Below, in pieces: positions 30,923-42,217 of a DNA stretch of 46,248 nucleotides. Numbering within the stretch: position 1 is the first letter of the stretch; each line of letters starts with the position of its first letter. Made by a program: the position numbers and the translations under genes. The stretch spans positions 1 to 46,248 of the forward strand of contig JWZX01002972.1 in the NCBI GenBank assembly GCA_001275005.1, read 5' to 3'. Under the pieces are notes generated by a model, which did not search any database, was not told the DNA's origin, and saw only the letters and a program-made list of their open reading frames with translations. Source of the stretch: Chrysochromulina tobinii (Eukaryota).

Positions 30923-31717
30923 ATGTTCTCAGCCGCCTACGGCACGCCGCTCTCCTACCGCGCAGCGCTGCCAGGCGAGCAGCCTGACGAATTTGCGATG
31001 GCCGCTGAGGCGCTCGCGCCCGAGCCGCTGCTGCCCAACCCGATGGAGCGATGCGCTGGCGCTGACCAGTTCATCAAGATGCTGCATGGCACCACTACGC
31101 TCGCCTTCAAGTACAAGGGCGGTGTCGTCGTCGCCGTCGACTCTCGCGCCTCGTCGGGCGCATACATTGCCTCGCAGACGGTCAAGAAGGTGATTGAGAT
31201 CAATCCCTTCTTGCTTGGCACGATGGCGGGCGGCGCTGCGGACTGCTCGTACTGGGAGCGTTACCTGGGCATGCGCTGCCGCCTCTTCGAGCTCGACCAC
31301 AAGGAGCGCATCTCGGTCGCCGGCGCCTCCAAGATCCTTTCCAACATCACCTACCAGTACAAGAACTATGGCCTATCGATGGGCACGATGATCTGTGGCT
31401 GGGACAAGACGGGGCCGCAGATCTTTTACGTCGACTCGGATGGCCAGCGCTGCCCTGGCAAGATCTTCAGCGTCGGATCGGGTTCCACCTTTGCGTACGG
31501 CGTGCTCGATACGGGCTACAAGTACGACCTCACCAGCGACCAGGCCTTCGACCTCGCCGAGATGGCCATCTTTGCCGCGACTCACCGCGACGCCTACTCC
31601 GGCGGCACCGTGCGCATCTACCACATCACCGAGACGGGCTGGGAGCGCATCCGTGAGACCGACAGCATGGAACTTTACTTCCGATTCCAGGCGGAGGGCA
31701 AGTATAACCCGAAGTGA
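30923..31717 (+). CDS. PSMB5: 20S proteasome subunit beta-5
   Basis: Propeptide, then [51 protein letters not shown]. Confidence 0.99.
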   Translation: MFSAAYGTPLSYRAALPGEQPDEFAMAAEALAPEPLLPNPMERCAGADQFIKMLHGTTTLAFKYKGGVVVAVDSRASSGAYIASQTVKKVIEINPFLLGTMAGGAADCSYWERYLGMRCRLFELDHKERISVAGASKILSNITYQYKNYGLSMGTMICGWDKTGPQIFYVDSDGQRCPGKIFSVGSGSTFAYGVLDTGYKYDLTSDQAFDLAEMAIFAATHRDAYSGGTVRIYHITETGWERIRETDSMELYFRFQAEGKYNPK

Positions 31718-32208
31718 GGAGGGCGCACAGAGAGCGCGGGAGCACACGCACGTCGGACGTCGCGGCTTCCGCACGTGGGCGCGGCGGGCGCACGTCGGCC
31801 GCCAAACCCATTTAACGGATCCACCCTCATCAGTCGTGTTACTGAGACTCCCACGGTGTACAAAATAATTGTTTCAGACAACACGACGTACTCCGCGGAG
31901 TACTCCGCGCGACCCGGCGGCGTCCCGTATACTGTTACGGCGCGCGGTATGCGCTACTTCCCGTACTTGCTCTCGCCGCGCCCGGCTCGCGCCGGAGAGT
32001 CGCTTACCCGGCGACTATACAACGCCCGTGGAGACCGAACCGCAACAGTACTGTGGGTCGCGTCGCCGACACACCCGACGCGGTAGCCGGTTACGGGTGG
32101 AGACGTGAGGCGCGGCGAAGACGCCGACGCGGATCGTCCCTGCAACGCTTCTCGCCTCCGTATACATCTCGGGGCGGTCCCTAAGGCGGTCCCGGGCTCT
32201 GGTGCCAG

Positions 32209-35200
32209 TCAAGAGCCGACCACCCTACCCCACAGCCCTGCAGAGGCTTCCTTTTTCCTGCGTCGTGCAGCGACCATCCGCTGTTTCTCTTCCGCCGAGT
32301 AGCCGAGCACCGTGCAGAGCACCTCGAACGGTCCGTCGCTGTTGAGAATTCCGTCGTCCACCTCAATGTACTTGGCGAGCACTGACTTCAGGTGCGTCTT
32401 TCCTTCCTCCGAGTGGGCGAAGTTCAGTGACTGGCGTGCCTCGCGCAGCGCGCGCTGCGCGTCCTTGAGCTCACGCCGTAACGACTCCGCATCTGCCGCT
32501 GAGGCGGCGGCCACCGCCTTTTCGACCGCGGTCGGCGGTGTCGGTGGCGGCGCACCATTCGTATTTCCGGGCGTCTGCACGGCCAGGGCCTCGGCCTGCG
32601 CCGCCGCCTCGCCATTTGCGGCGGCCGAGAGCCCCGCTGCGAGCTTCGCCTCGAGCCGTGCGATCTCGGCGTCCTTGGCCTCGAGTAGTGAAATGCACTT
32701 CGCCCTCATAGCCACCATCTTCGAGCGCGCCGCCTCAGCAAGGGCGGTGGCCGCGGCGCTGGGTGCCCCGCCGCCTCCGTTGCCGCCCGTCGTCGCCACG
32801 GCCGCCAGCCGTCCCTCGGCCGCCTGGGCGCGCGCGACTGCCTGGTCGCGCTCGAGCTCGCACGCCTGCAGCAGCTCGCGCGTCGCTTTCTGACCTGTCT
32901 CCATCGCCACCTTCTGCTCCGCAAGAGCGCGCTTCGTGCTCAGCGCGGCGCGCGCGTCCCTCTCCTCGAGCTGCTGGGTCGCTGCCTCGAGCGCGCCGCG
33001 AAGCTCCGCGAGCTCCATCTCGAGCGAGAGGGCGCTCGACTCGAGGCCCGCCACCGCCGCCGCGCCCGCCACGCGCGCCTCTTCGGCCGCGGCGCGCGCC
33101 GAGTCAAGCTCGCGCCGCGAAGCTGCGAGCTCCGCCATTGTGTCACTCAGCGCATTCTCGTGTGAGAGCGCCGCCTGGTTCATCAGGCTCTCCGCGCGTG
33201 AGGCGGCCGCCTCGAGGGCCTCACATTGTCGACGCAGCGCATACGTCTCCTCGAGGGCGGCCGCCGCGCCGGCCTGCGCCTCCTCCTTTGCTCGCGTCGC
33301 CTCGGCCGCCTGTTTCTCCTGCTGCACGCGGGCCTTTTCGGCGGCGGCGGCAGCCTCGGCGGCGATGGCCGCGGCCTCACGGACCCCCTCGAGCTCGCTC
33401 AATCTCCCCTCGAGCTCGCTCGCGAGCTTATCCGCGCGCCTCGTCGCCTCGCCAAGTGCAAGCGCGTGCTGCTGCTGCGCCGCTACCGCCGCCGCCTCGC
33501 GCTGCTCCGCCTGGGATAGGGCCACGTGGCTCGCTTCGAGCTCGCTCAATCTCGCTTCGAGCTCGGCGCTCGTCTGCTGCTGGAGCTTCTTCTCTTTCTG
33601 ATGGAGCTTCTTCTCAGCCTTCTCGGCCTGCAGGCGCGCGTCCTCGGCCTGCTCGGCGCGACTAGTCGCCTCCGCGAGCTCCTGCGCCACGCTGAGCGAC
33701 AGGTCTGTCTTCTGTCGCGCCTCACGCGCCATCGCCTGCCCCTTCTCGCGCTCGGCATCGAGCTCGGCGGTGAGCTCGGCGAGTTTGGCCTTGCGGGTGT
33801 CGGCGAGCTCGACTGCCTGAGCCGCGCGCTGTAAGGCGGCGCTCGCAGCTTCCTCGGCCGCCGCAGCACGCTCCTCGAGAGCCGACCGCTCCGCCGAGCG
33901 CGCCTGCTCGACCTCACGGCGCGACGCCTCCGACCTCTGCTTCTCGGCCGCGAGCAGCGCGCGAACCTCCTCCACTGCTTTCTCGGCGCTCAGCCGCTGC
34001 TCCTCGAGCCGTTGGCTCAGCGCGCCGACCTTTGCCTTGGCGAGGGCGCCGATCTCTTCCACCTTTCGGTCGGCACTCAATCGCTGCTCCTCGAGCCTCA
34101 GGCTCAGCGCATCGACCTTTGCCTTGGCGGCCGTCAGTTGTGCGTCCTCGCTGCTTAGGTGGTCGGACGCGCTGGGGTCCGCGCTCGAGGCAGCGGCCGC
34201 CGCCTCGGAGGCCGAGGCAGCGGACGCTTCGGCCGAAGTGGCGGCGACGGCCGCCGCCGCCGCCGCCGCCTCGAGCCGCTCGCGCTCTCGCGCCCTCAGC
34301 GCGCTCAGCTCACCATCGAGGGTCGCCACGCGTGCCCGCAACGCCGCCAACTCCACTTCGTTTGCTATCGGCTCGGCGGCAGCCACCGCCTCGTTGGCAG
34401 TGGGTTTGGGAGTCGCCGCCGTCTTGGGAGCCTTCTTGCCGTTACCGGTACCAGTGCCGGTGCCACCACGGCCTCTCCCGGCACCGCGGCCCTTGGGGGT
34501 GGATGGCGGCATCGGCGCGATGGACATCTCCGCTTCCTTGGCGATGTTGCTGAGCTCTGTGACAGCCGTCTCGGTGAACGCCGTCACGTCTTTGAGCCCC
34601 GCGACGGCCGTCTTCTCGGCCGCCGCCGCCGCCGCCGCCAGGCTGCCCTGCAGGCTGCCGAGCATCAAGCTCGCGTCGCCGAAGACCGAGCCCCCGAGCA
34701 CCGAGCCGCCCAAGGCCAGGCTAGGTGTACCCCACATTCCCAGGAATCCATCCTCGGCTGAGGGGGCGGAGGCAGCGGGAGCAGCAGGCCGGCTGGACGG
34801 GGGACGCTGGTCTGACTCGTCGTGTAGCGACATGGCTGTCGGCGCACCCGGAGGCGCCGTGCGCGAAACGGGAGCGGGCACGGCAGATACGGCAGGGCCG
34901 CCATCTGGGGCATCCTCGGCGGGAATTTCGATGCCAGACTCAGCTTCGGCCTCGCTCAGCTCGAGTTGCAGCTGTTCCACTTGCGCCTCGAGCACTCCCA
35001 CCTGCGACTGCAGCTCCGTGACCTTGGCGACCGCTTTCGTCATCTGCTCCGTCGCCTGCTCCCTGCCATCCTGTGCTGCGGCCGCCTTCGCCTCTGCTGC
35101 GGCCGCCTTCGCCTCTGCTGCGGCTGCCTTCGCCTCCGCCGCCTCCGCCTTCGCCTCCGCCGCCTCCGCCTTCGTCTCCGCCGCCTCGCGCTGCAACTCC

Positions 35201-38200
35201 ACTGCCATGCGAGTGCTGGCGTCTTCGGTCGCGGCCGCCAGTCGCTGCTCTGCCTCCACCCGCTGTTGCTCCCATTGCAACGTCACCGCCGCGAGCTCGG
35301 CCTCCGCCGCCTCCTTCTGTGCAGTCATCTGCGCATCCGCATCCTGCTTGAGCACGGCCAACTTCATCCCGAGACTCTCCGCCTGGCTTGTCATGTCTTC
35401 CAGCCGTGTGTTGGCCTCCAACAGCTGCGCCTGCACCTCGGTCAGTTGCTTCCGCACCGTCTCAGTATGCTCGCGTGCCTCCTCGGCCTCTCGCTGCGCA
35501 TCCTCGGCCTCCGCTTTGGCCTCCTCGATTTGCCATCGTGCTGCCTCCGCCTGGCCCTCCGCCTCGGCTGCCTGAGCCCGCGCCGCTTGAAGCTCGTCCT
35601 GCGCTGCCGATAGCGCCGTCTCGGCCGCTTCCTTGGTTGCCTCGAGATGCTGCACTGTCGCAGTCAGTTCGTCCACCTGCGACTGCAGCCCTTTAATCTT
35701 GGCGACCGCATTCGCCTTGACTTTCTTTATCTGCTCGGCCTCCTGTTCCTGGCCACCCACCACTGCGTTCGCCTTCGCCTCCGCCGCCTCGGCCTTCGCC
35801 TCCGCCGCCTCCGCCTTCGCCTCCGCCGCCTCGGCCTTCGCCTCCGCCGCCTCCGCCTTCGCCTCCGCCGCCTCGGCCTTCGCCTCCGCCGCCTCCGCCT
35901 TCGCCTCCGCCGCCTCGGCCTTCGCTTCCGCCGCCTCGGCCTTCTCCTCCGCCGCCTCCGCCTTCGCTTCCGCCGCCTCGGCCCTCGTCTCCGCCTCCTC
36001 TGTTTTCGCCTGCGCCGCCTCTGCCTTGCGCTGTGCCGCCTCGACCTCCTCTTCGAGGGCCGCCTGCGCTTTGGTGGCCGCCTCGGCCGCCTTGACTGCC
36101 TCGCGCTCGAGCTGCGCCTGCGCCGCCTCGGCCGCCTCGGCCTTCGCCTCCGCCGCCTCGGCCGCGCGGCTCGCGCTCTGGCGGAGGCTGGCTTGCTCGG
36201 ACAACAAGGCCTCGAGCTCGACGACTCGTGCCTGGAGCCCCGTGCGCGCCTCCTCGAGCACACTCACCTGCCGCTCGCTTGTCGAGCTGAGTGCGAATCG
36301 AAGCCTCTCAGTCTCCTCGACCGCGGCCGCCGCCCTCTCGGCAGCCGCTTGCTCCGCCGCGACCGCCGCTGTGCCCTTAGCACGCGCTGCCTCGACCTCG
36401 GCCAGGGCTGCGCTGAGCTCGTCTCTAAGCTGCCCCTCCCGTTCGGCCGCGGCCGCAGCTGCCGCGCCCGCGCTAGAGCTCGCAAGTTCTGCTGCCACGA
36501 GAGCCTCTTCCTGAGCTGTCTGACAGGCAGACAACGCTTCCGCTGCCGCCGCCGTCGCCAGAGCCTCCGCCTGCTTCGCAGCCTCGGCCTCGCTCCTCGC
36601 AACTGCCCGCGCCGCAACGGCCGCCGCCGCCGCTTCCTGCGCCGCCGCCACCTCCTGCCGTGCTGCCGCCTCCGCATCTTTAGCCACGCGCGCTTCCTGC
36701 TGCGCTGATTCGGCCTCTTGCTTGGCAGCAACCGCTTGCTGCTCCGCTGCGTCGGCGCGCGCCTCGGCCGTCTCGGCACGAGCGGTGAGCTCGGCAACGG
36801 CGGCACGCGCGTCTTCGATATGCTGCTGCTGCTGCTGCTGCTGCTGCGACGTCTGATCGGCCGCCGCCGCCTGTTCTGCCGCGGCTGCAGCCCGATGGTT
36901 GGCCGCCTCCATCTCGGCCTTGGCCGCCTCCATCTCAACCTTGGCCGCCTCCATCTCGGCCTTGGCCGCCTCCATCTCAACCTTGGCCGCCTCCATCTCG
37001 GCCTTGGCCGCCTCCATCTCAACCTTGGCCGCCTCCTTCTCGGCCTTGGCCGCCTCCATCTCGGCCTTGGCCGCCTCCTTCTCGGCCTTGGCCGCCGCGG
37101 CTTCGGACGCGCTCGCCGCTGCGAGAGCGGCGCTCGCAACGGCGGCTTGCTCGGCCTCGGCCATCGCCGCCTGCGCCGCTTGCAGCTCTGCAGCCGCCTC
37201 CGCCGCTGCCTCGGACGCCGCTGACGCCGTGGCCTCCGCCGCTGCTGCCGCCTCCGCGGCCGCTGCCGCTGTCGCCGCGTCGGCGGCTGCCTTAGCCTCC
37301 CGTGCAGCTTGCTCTCGCGCCTGCAGGATCGCTGCCTCATGCTCGTCGGCAGCGGCCGAAGCGGCCGCCTCGAGCCGCTGTACAATCCCTGTGTATTCCA
37401 TGGCCTTGTCCGCCGCGGCAGCGTGTGCCGCCGCGAGCTGCGCCTCGAGGTCAGCTGCATGCTCCGCGGCCGCACGCGCCTCCGCCTGCGCCGTCGCGAC
37501 GGCACGCTCCCTTCGTTCCTCAACCTTCTGCTGGGCCTCTGTGAGGGTGGCAGCTCCTTTGGAGCCGAGCTCATCCACCTGCGCTTGCAGCGTCTTGATC
37601 TTGGCGATCGCCTTCTTCTTCACCTCCGCCTCCTGCTCCGCCGCCTTAGCCGCTGCCGCCGCCTTATCTGCCTCAGCCGTCACGGCACGAGCCTCGGCCA
37701 CTTCGAGCGCCGTTTCGAGCGCGCGCACCTGATGATGGAGGCAATCGAGAGGTCAACAGAGGTCATCAGTGGTACACGCGCCGTATCGAGCGCACGCACC
37801 CTCTCCACGCCCGCGGATGCGGCCGGCTGCTGCACGCGCTCTTCGGCGTGCCGGAGCTGCGCCTCGAGCTGCGCCACCTGCGACCGGAGCTGCGCCACCT
37901 GCGCATGCAGAAAGTCGATCTCCAGATCGGGAACGAGAGCAGCGGCGACGACGGCGTGCGGTGGTGCCGCCGCGTGCAGCGCACGCAGCTGGACCGCCAA
38001 CGCGTCCGACGTCAGGCTCTCGAGCCCAGGTTGCGCCGGAAGGCAGCTGAGCACTGCAGTGCGGAGCTTCAAGCACTCGTCCTCGAGTACCTCGCACCGT
38101 TTCTCCGCAGCACGCAGGTCAGCCATCGAGCGCTGTGGTTTTCCGCTGCGAGCTACCGTCGTCATGCCGGCATCTCGCGACGTCATGCCGGCATCTCGCG

Positions 38201-38582
38201 GCATTCCACGGTTCGAGGGCGTTGACAAATCGCTCCAGTTGTTAGCCTCTGAGCTCAGCTCAGTCTCTATCCGAGGAGTCGCCATTGCGCGCGGTGTCTG
38301 ACTCGTCTTCTTGCGCGGATCCGGTAGCTCCATCTCGTCTCCAGGGAAGAGCAGGCTTGATTCAAGCGTGCTCGCTTGGGCCTTGAGCAGGTCGGCTTGA
38401 TGTTGCGCCGCAATGGAGAGGGCCTTCGCAGACTCCTCAGCAGCCTCACGCGCTGCGGCCATGGTGGCCTCTCCTTCGCGAGCCGCCCGGGCCATGGCAT
38501 CCTTGGCTTCTTGGAGCGATTTTTCAAGCGAAAAGTCGCCTAGCGTCGTCACGTCGCCTAATGCCGATAGCCACGACGACAT
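32209..38582 (-). CDS. Giant coiled-coil golgin with C-terminal GRIP-like domain; 2 exons (38582-37800, 37728-32209)
   Basis: Starts MSSWLSALG; about 2100 aa of Ala/Glu-rich coiled coil; ends THLKSVLAKYI...FEVLCTVLGYSAEEKQRM...GLWG. Confidence 0.85.
35768..35990 (-). repeat. 21-bp coding minisatellite (AEAKAEA heptads, ~10 copies)
   Basis: Tandem gccttcgcctccgccgcctc(g/c) units; a shorter related array lies at ~35080-35185. Confidence 0.93.
36899..37097 (-). repeat. 21-bp coding minisatellite (AAK[A/V]E[M/K]E heptads, ~9 copies)
   Basis: Tandem ttggccgcctccatctc(gg/aa)cc units; a poly-Gln CAG tract lies nearby at ~36821-36847. Confidence 0.93.
37729..37799 (-). other. 71-bp GT-AG intron, introner-like, beginning with a duplicate of the downstream exon
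   Basis: AGG|GTGCGTGCGCTCGATACGGCGC-GTGTACCACTGATGACCTCTGTTGACCTCTCGATTGCCTCCATCATCAG|GTGCGCGCGCTCGAAACGGCGC; removal restores the frame. Confidence 0.85.
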
Positions 38583-39003
38583 ACTCGGATGTTCAAGCTC
38601 GTGCGCGGCAATGTCGTCGAGGTGGAGGGTGCCTTTTCTGGGTTCAGACGTGTGTTCCCACACCAAAGTTTGACTTGCGGCCGACACAGCGCGGCGACGA
38701 TTTCTTCGGGCAACACCGGCATTTTTCACCCGAGAAAGCCTTCAAATCCAGCACACCGATCACTCAAAAAGCGAAACACCCTTGAAGCCTTGAAAATCAC
38801 GCTAGAAGCGGCCACGCTCTAGGGTCGGGCGGTGGCGGGTGGGTCGCTGTCGCCGGCTCGGGGGGAACTTTGGAGGGGAATCACGTACGCGTAGACGTCG
38901 GGGTACCGACTCGCGCGCGAGGCGCGCGTGCCGCGTGTCGGGCTCGTGCGGCTCGCTCGAGCGCACAAGCCACAACAACAAAGTTCCTCTAAAGATCAGA
39001 CCT

Positions 39004-40020
39004 TCAGACGCGCAACACCTCAAAGCTCTGCCCGTCTGGCCCGATGCTCATCGCAACACTGCTTGAGGAACTGTCGACAACAGTCGGAATCGCTCTCGGG
39101 GCCTCAGCCGCCGGCGGCGGCGCACTGTTGTTGGTGGCGGTGGTGGTGGTGCCATCAGTTGCCCGTCGGGCCGCTGGCGCAGCTGGCGCAGCTGGCGCAG
39201 CTGGCGCAGCTGGCGCAGCTGGCGCAGCTGGCGCGGTCCTGCTGCCATCATTTGCCCACTGTGCCAGCAGCGTGCCAGCCACTGCGCGCAAAAGCGCGTC
39301 AGTCTTGACCTGCAGGACGAGCGAAGCAGCCTCGAGATTAGCCTCAAACTCCTCCCTTGTAGCGCGGGGGCCGTCGACGATATCCGTCACCGACTTGAGG
39401 GCAACAAATGGCACGGAGAGCGTTTGACACACCCATGCGACTGCGGCTGCCTCCATCTCCTTGATGCTCGTGCCCTCCGAGCGCATCAGCTCCAGGTCCA
39501 TCGGCACGGCGTCGAGGCTATCCGATGTGCTCACAACCCCAGTCTTGACGCCGATGTGAGACGCCAGCTTGCCGAGCGGCGGCGATCGATAGTGGCCGAA
39601 GCCGTATTCTTCCAGATGGCCTGCCGCATCTGGAATACGCCGCGAGTGAAAGACACATTTTGAAGACAGGTAAACGTCGCCAACCCGCGCTCCGGAGCTT
39701 GCAAAGCCACCAGCCGTGCCAGCGGAGATGCACAAGTCTGGCGCTCCGAATGCGGCTACGGCCGCATACAGACACACGCTTGCGGCGGTCGTGGCCACGT
39801 TGTTCACGTTGCCAAATCGAGGGTCGCGACCACACCAGACTACGTGCAAAACCAGGCCCTCGACCTCGCCCATCCATGCCACAAAGGGCGCGCCCCTCAG
39901 GAAGGGTGACGGTTGGATTTGTTCGAGCCCAAAGCGCTGCACGAGCGGCCGCACCTCCTGCTCCATGGCGACTACCAGCAGCACACGCTTCACTGCAGAG
40001 GGAGGAGTAAGCGCGGTCAT
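39004..40020 (-). CDS. MTN: 5'-methylthioadenosine/S-adenosylhomocysteine nucleosidase (plant-type MTN) with low-complexity tail
   Basis: VVAMEQE, ISAGTAGGF, VSTSDSLD, EMEAAAVA, LKSVTDIVDG. Confidence 0.93.
   Translation of the reverse strand: MTALTPPSAVKRVLLVVAMEQEVRPLVQRFGLEQIQPSPFLRGAPFVAWMGEVEGLVLHVVWCGRDPRFGNVNNVATTAASVCLYAAVAAFGAPDLCISAGTAGGFASSGARVGDVYLSSKCVFHSRRIPDAAGHLEEYGFGHYRSPPLGKLASHIGVKTGVVSTSDSLDAVPMDLELMRSEGTSIKEMEAAAVAWVCQTLSVPFVALKSVTDIVDGPRATREEFEANLEAASLVLQVKTDALLRAVAGTLLAQWANDGSRTAPAAPAAPAAPAAPAAPAAPAARRATDGTTTTATNNSAPPPAAEAPRAIPTVVDSSSSSVAMSIGPDGQSFEVLRV
39173..39234. repeat. 9-bp tandem repeat (GCTGGCGCA) x~7 encoding (APA)n
   Basis: Read directly in the MTN C-terminal tail. 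Confidence 0.95.
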
Positions 40021-40735
40021 CACTGTCGCAGCCCCGCGCGCTCGTCGGACGAGTTCACGCGAGGACACTTCGCGTGAAAAACCCTTCCATTTTTGGTTAA
40101 AAATCGTGTGAAGGGCGCACTAACGAGGCGGGCGACCATCGGACGGCGTTGACCCCCCCCTTGGCACAGGGGGCGGTTCGTTTGCAACCAACCTACGAGC
40201 CACCGTCCCCCACAAACAAGTGAATAACGGAGAATACACACCCGACGGACGGTTCATCAGCAGTCGAAGATATACCTTATACCCGGGGATGACACCCCGC
40301 CCGGTGACACGCCTTAGCGCCCGTAGTGACCCTAGACATTCGACCCCCGTCCCCTCCCGGAACCTCCCGCGGCCGACGACCTGTCGGATAGAGACGAACA
40401 CGTTCGTTGGTTCGAGAACCCCAAGTTTCCGTAGCTAGGGGAAGTCGGGAGGTACAGGTAGAACCACCGTATCTCGCTTTCGCGCGGGGCGAGGATTTGA
40501 TTTTGTACATTGTACCGGTACCACTAAGAGTTGGAACGCGTTGTACACACTGAAGCCGCCCCTCTTTTAATGTGCTCTCCATCTTCACTGGTCTCGGCTC
40601 GTCACCGGCTCACGGTGTGTTATTGTAGTGCCACTGTAGTGTCGCACTGCAGCACTGCGCCAAAATGACAAGCCCATCGTCCCATTCGGAAGCGCGTGCG
40701 CCGACATGTCCGTCGGCCCATGCCTCAGCCGGATC

Positions 40736-41944
40736 TCAATCTCTCCTCTCGTCGACGCGAATGCGATTGACCCAGAGCAGCGAGTGGTCCGACCACGGCG
40801 TGCGCAGTGCTGGGTTGGATACGAATTCGAGGCGCGCGGCACCGTCATCGAGGCCTGCATAGATGTGATCGAGCTCCTCGACGGCTCCGGAGCCGTCATC
40901 CTTAAGGCAAGTGCCCTCGCGGCTGCATTCGGTCAGGCGCGTCAGCTGAAGTGGCTTCTCCGACATGTCGGCATGCAGCCCTCCGCCCGCCGCGCGCGCA
41001 TCCGCATTCTCGTTGAAGTCGCCGCAGATGACGAGGAGGCGCGGCCGATAGAGCTTGCGCAGTCGTGCGACCTCGCGAATCAGCTGCGCGCGCTGCGCAA
41101 CCCGAATCGAGGCTGGATCCGGATGATTGGGTTGGTCAGCGTGCTGATGGGTTGTGACGACGAGGTCCCCGCCGCCCTCCATGCCATGGCCCGTGCTGCT
41201 CGCCGGCGGCAGCAGCACCCAAAGGAACCCCTTATGCGCAGCGCCCTCGACGCCCACCGACTCGTACGGCACGAAGCCACTGTCGGTCGGCTTCACGTTA
41301 GTCACGATCAGCAGCCCGCTATCCAGGACCGTGCCGTACTTGTTCGTGGTGCCAGAGGTGCCGTTGGTACCGACAGCGTGGGGCAGCCCCCACTTTGTCA
41401 GCGTGTCGACGATCTGCTCCTTGGTGAGGTCGTCGCGCAGGGCCGCGCACGGGAAGCACAAGCCAGTGAGCAGCCCAAAGATGGTCGCGACGAGCGTGCA
41501 GCACCCATTGATCCGTATGACCTCGGAACCGACGCTCCGCGGATTGAACGTCTGCTTGTACCGTGCGGTGCAGCACCAAGGCATCATCCGCTCAAGACAA
41601 CGTGCCACGGAGACGCATGGCGCGGCGAGCCCGGTCTTGAAGCCCCAGGCCTCTTGGAAGCATAGGACAATGCGCTCTCGCTCAGCCGCGCTAGCCAGCA
41701 CTGCTGCTGCCGCCACGTCTCCTAACTTTCCCGGGCGCGAAAGAAAGGCATGCGATGCGAACGGGATGCCCCAAATGTTGAATGACGCCACTGTCAGTCC
41801 CGGATGCTCGTCAGCCATGACCGAAGGTAACCCGCGCGGCGGCGGCGCTGGCGCTGACATCGGCGGCGGCGGCGAAGGCGGTGGCGGCGGCGGCTCGTCA
41901 GCCATTCTAGTGGCGGCGGTGGCGGCGGTGGCCTCCTCAGCCAT
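40736..41944 (-). CDS. Endonuclease/exonuclease/phosphatase (EEP) fold enzyme, neutral-sphingomyelinase/Isc1-like
   Basis: LTVASFNIWG, LCFQEAW, DSGLLIVT, AHKGFL, TTHQHA, ICGDFN, LDHIY, SDH. Confidence 0.85.
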   Translation of the reverse strand: MAEEATAATAATRMADEPPPPPPSPPPPMSAPAPPPRGLPSVMADEHPGLTVASFNIWGIPFASHAFLSRPGKLGDVAAAAVLASAAERERIVLCFQEAWGFKTGLAAPCVSVARCLERMMPWCCTARYKQTFNPRSVGSEVIRINGCCTLVATIFGLLTGLCFPCAALRDDLTKEQIVDTLTKWGLPHAVGTNGTSGTTNKYGTVLDSGLLIVTNVKPTDSGFVPYESVGVEGAAHKGFLWVLLPPASSTGHGMEGGGDLVVTTHQHADQPNHPDPASIRVAQRAQLIREVARLRKLYRPRLLVICGDFNENADARAAGGGLHADMSEKPLQLTRLTECSREGTCLKDDGSGAVEELDHIYAGLDDGAARLEFVSNPALRTPWSDHSLLWVNRIRVDERRD

Positions 41945-42217
41945 TCCAGGCTCGTCGGGAAGCGACGCGGCGCGGGGGCGTCGGCAGATTGGATGAATTC
42001 CGACCGGGTATTCCGCATGCTAAAACGAGAAATTCCGCATTTGCTTTGCAAGTTCGCATACTTGTAGGAATCTATGTGTGGGAAAACGGCAGATTGCACA
42101 TCAGCAAGAGCGCTGCGTCACACCGTGTTCACTACAGCTTTCCACGCTCCTGCGTCCACCATCGTCCTGCACGGTGTCCTCCCCTCCGCGTTCGCCATCG
42201 CCAGCACAGCACTGTTC

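Noticed and set aside
755..31717. Ubiquitin-proteasome gene cluster (BTB, two F-box genes, PSMB5)
   Set aside because: These are large families interspersed with unrelated genes; no evidence of functional clustering.
28941..40020. ATIC and MTA nucleosidase as a purine metabolic cluster or bacterial transfer
   Set aside because: They are 8 kb apart with unrelated genes between, and both have eukaryote-type motifs and host-like codon usage.
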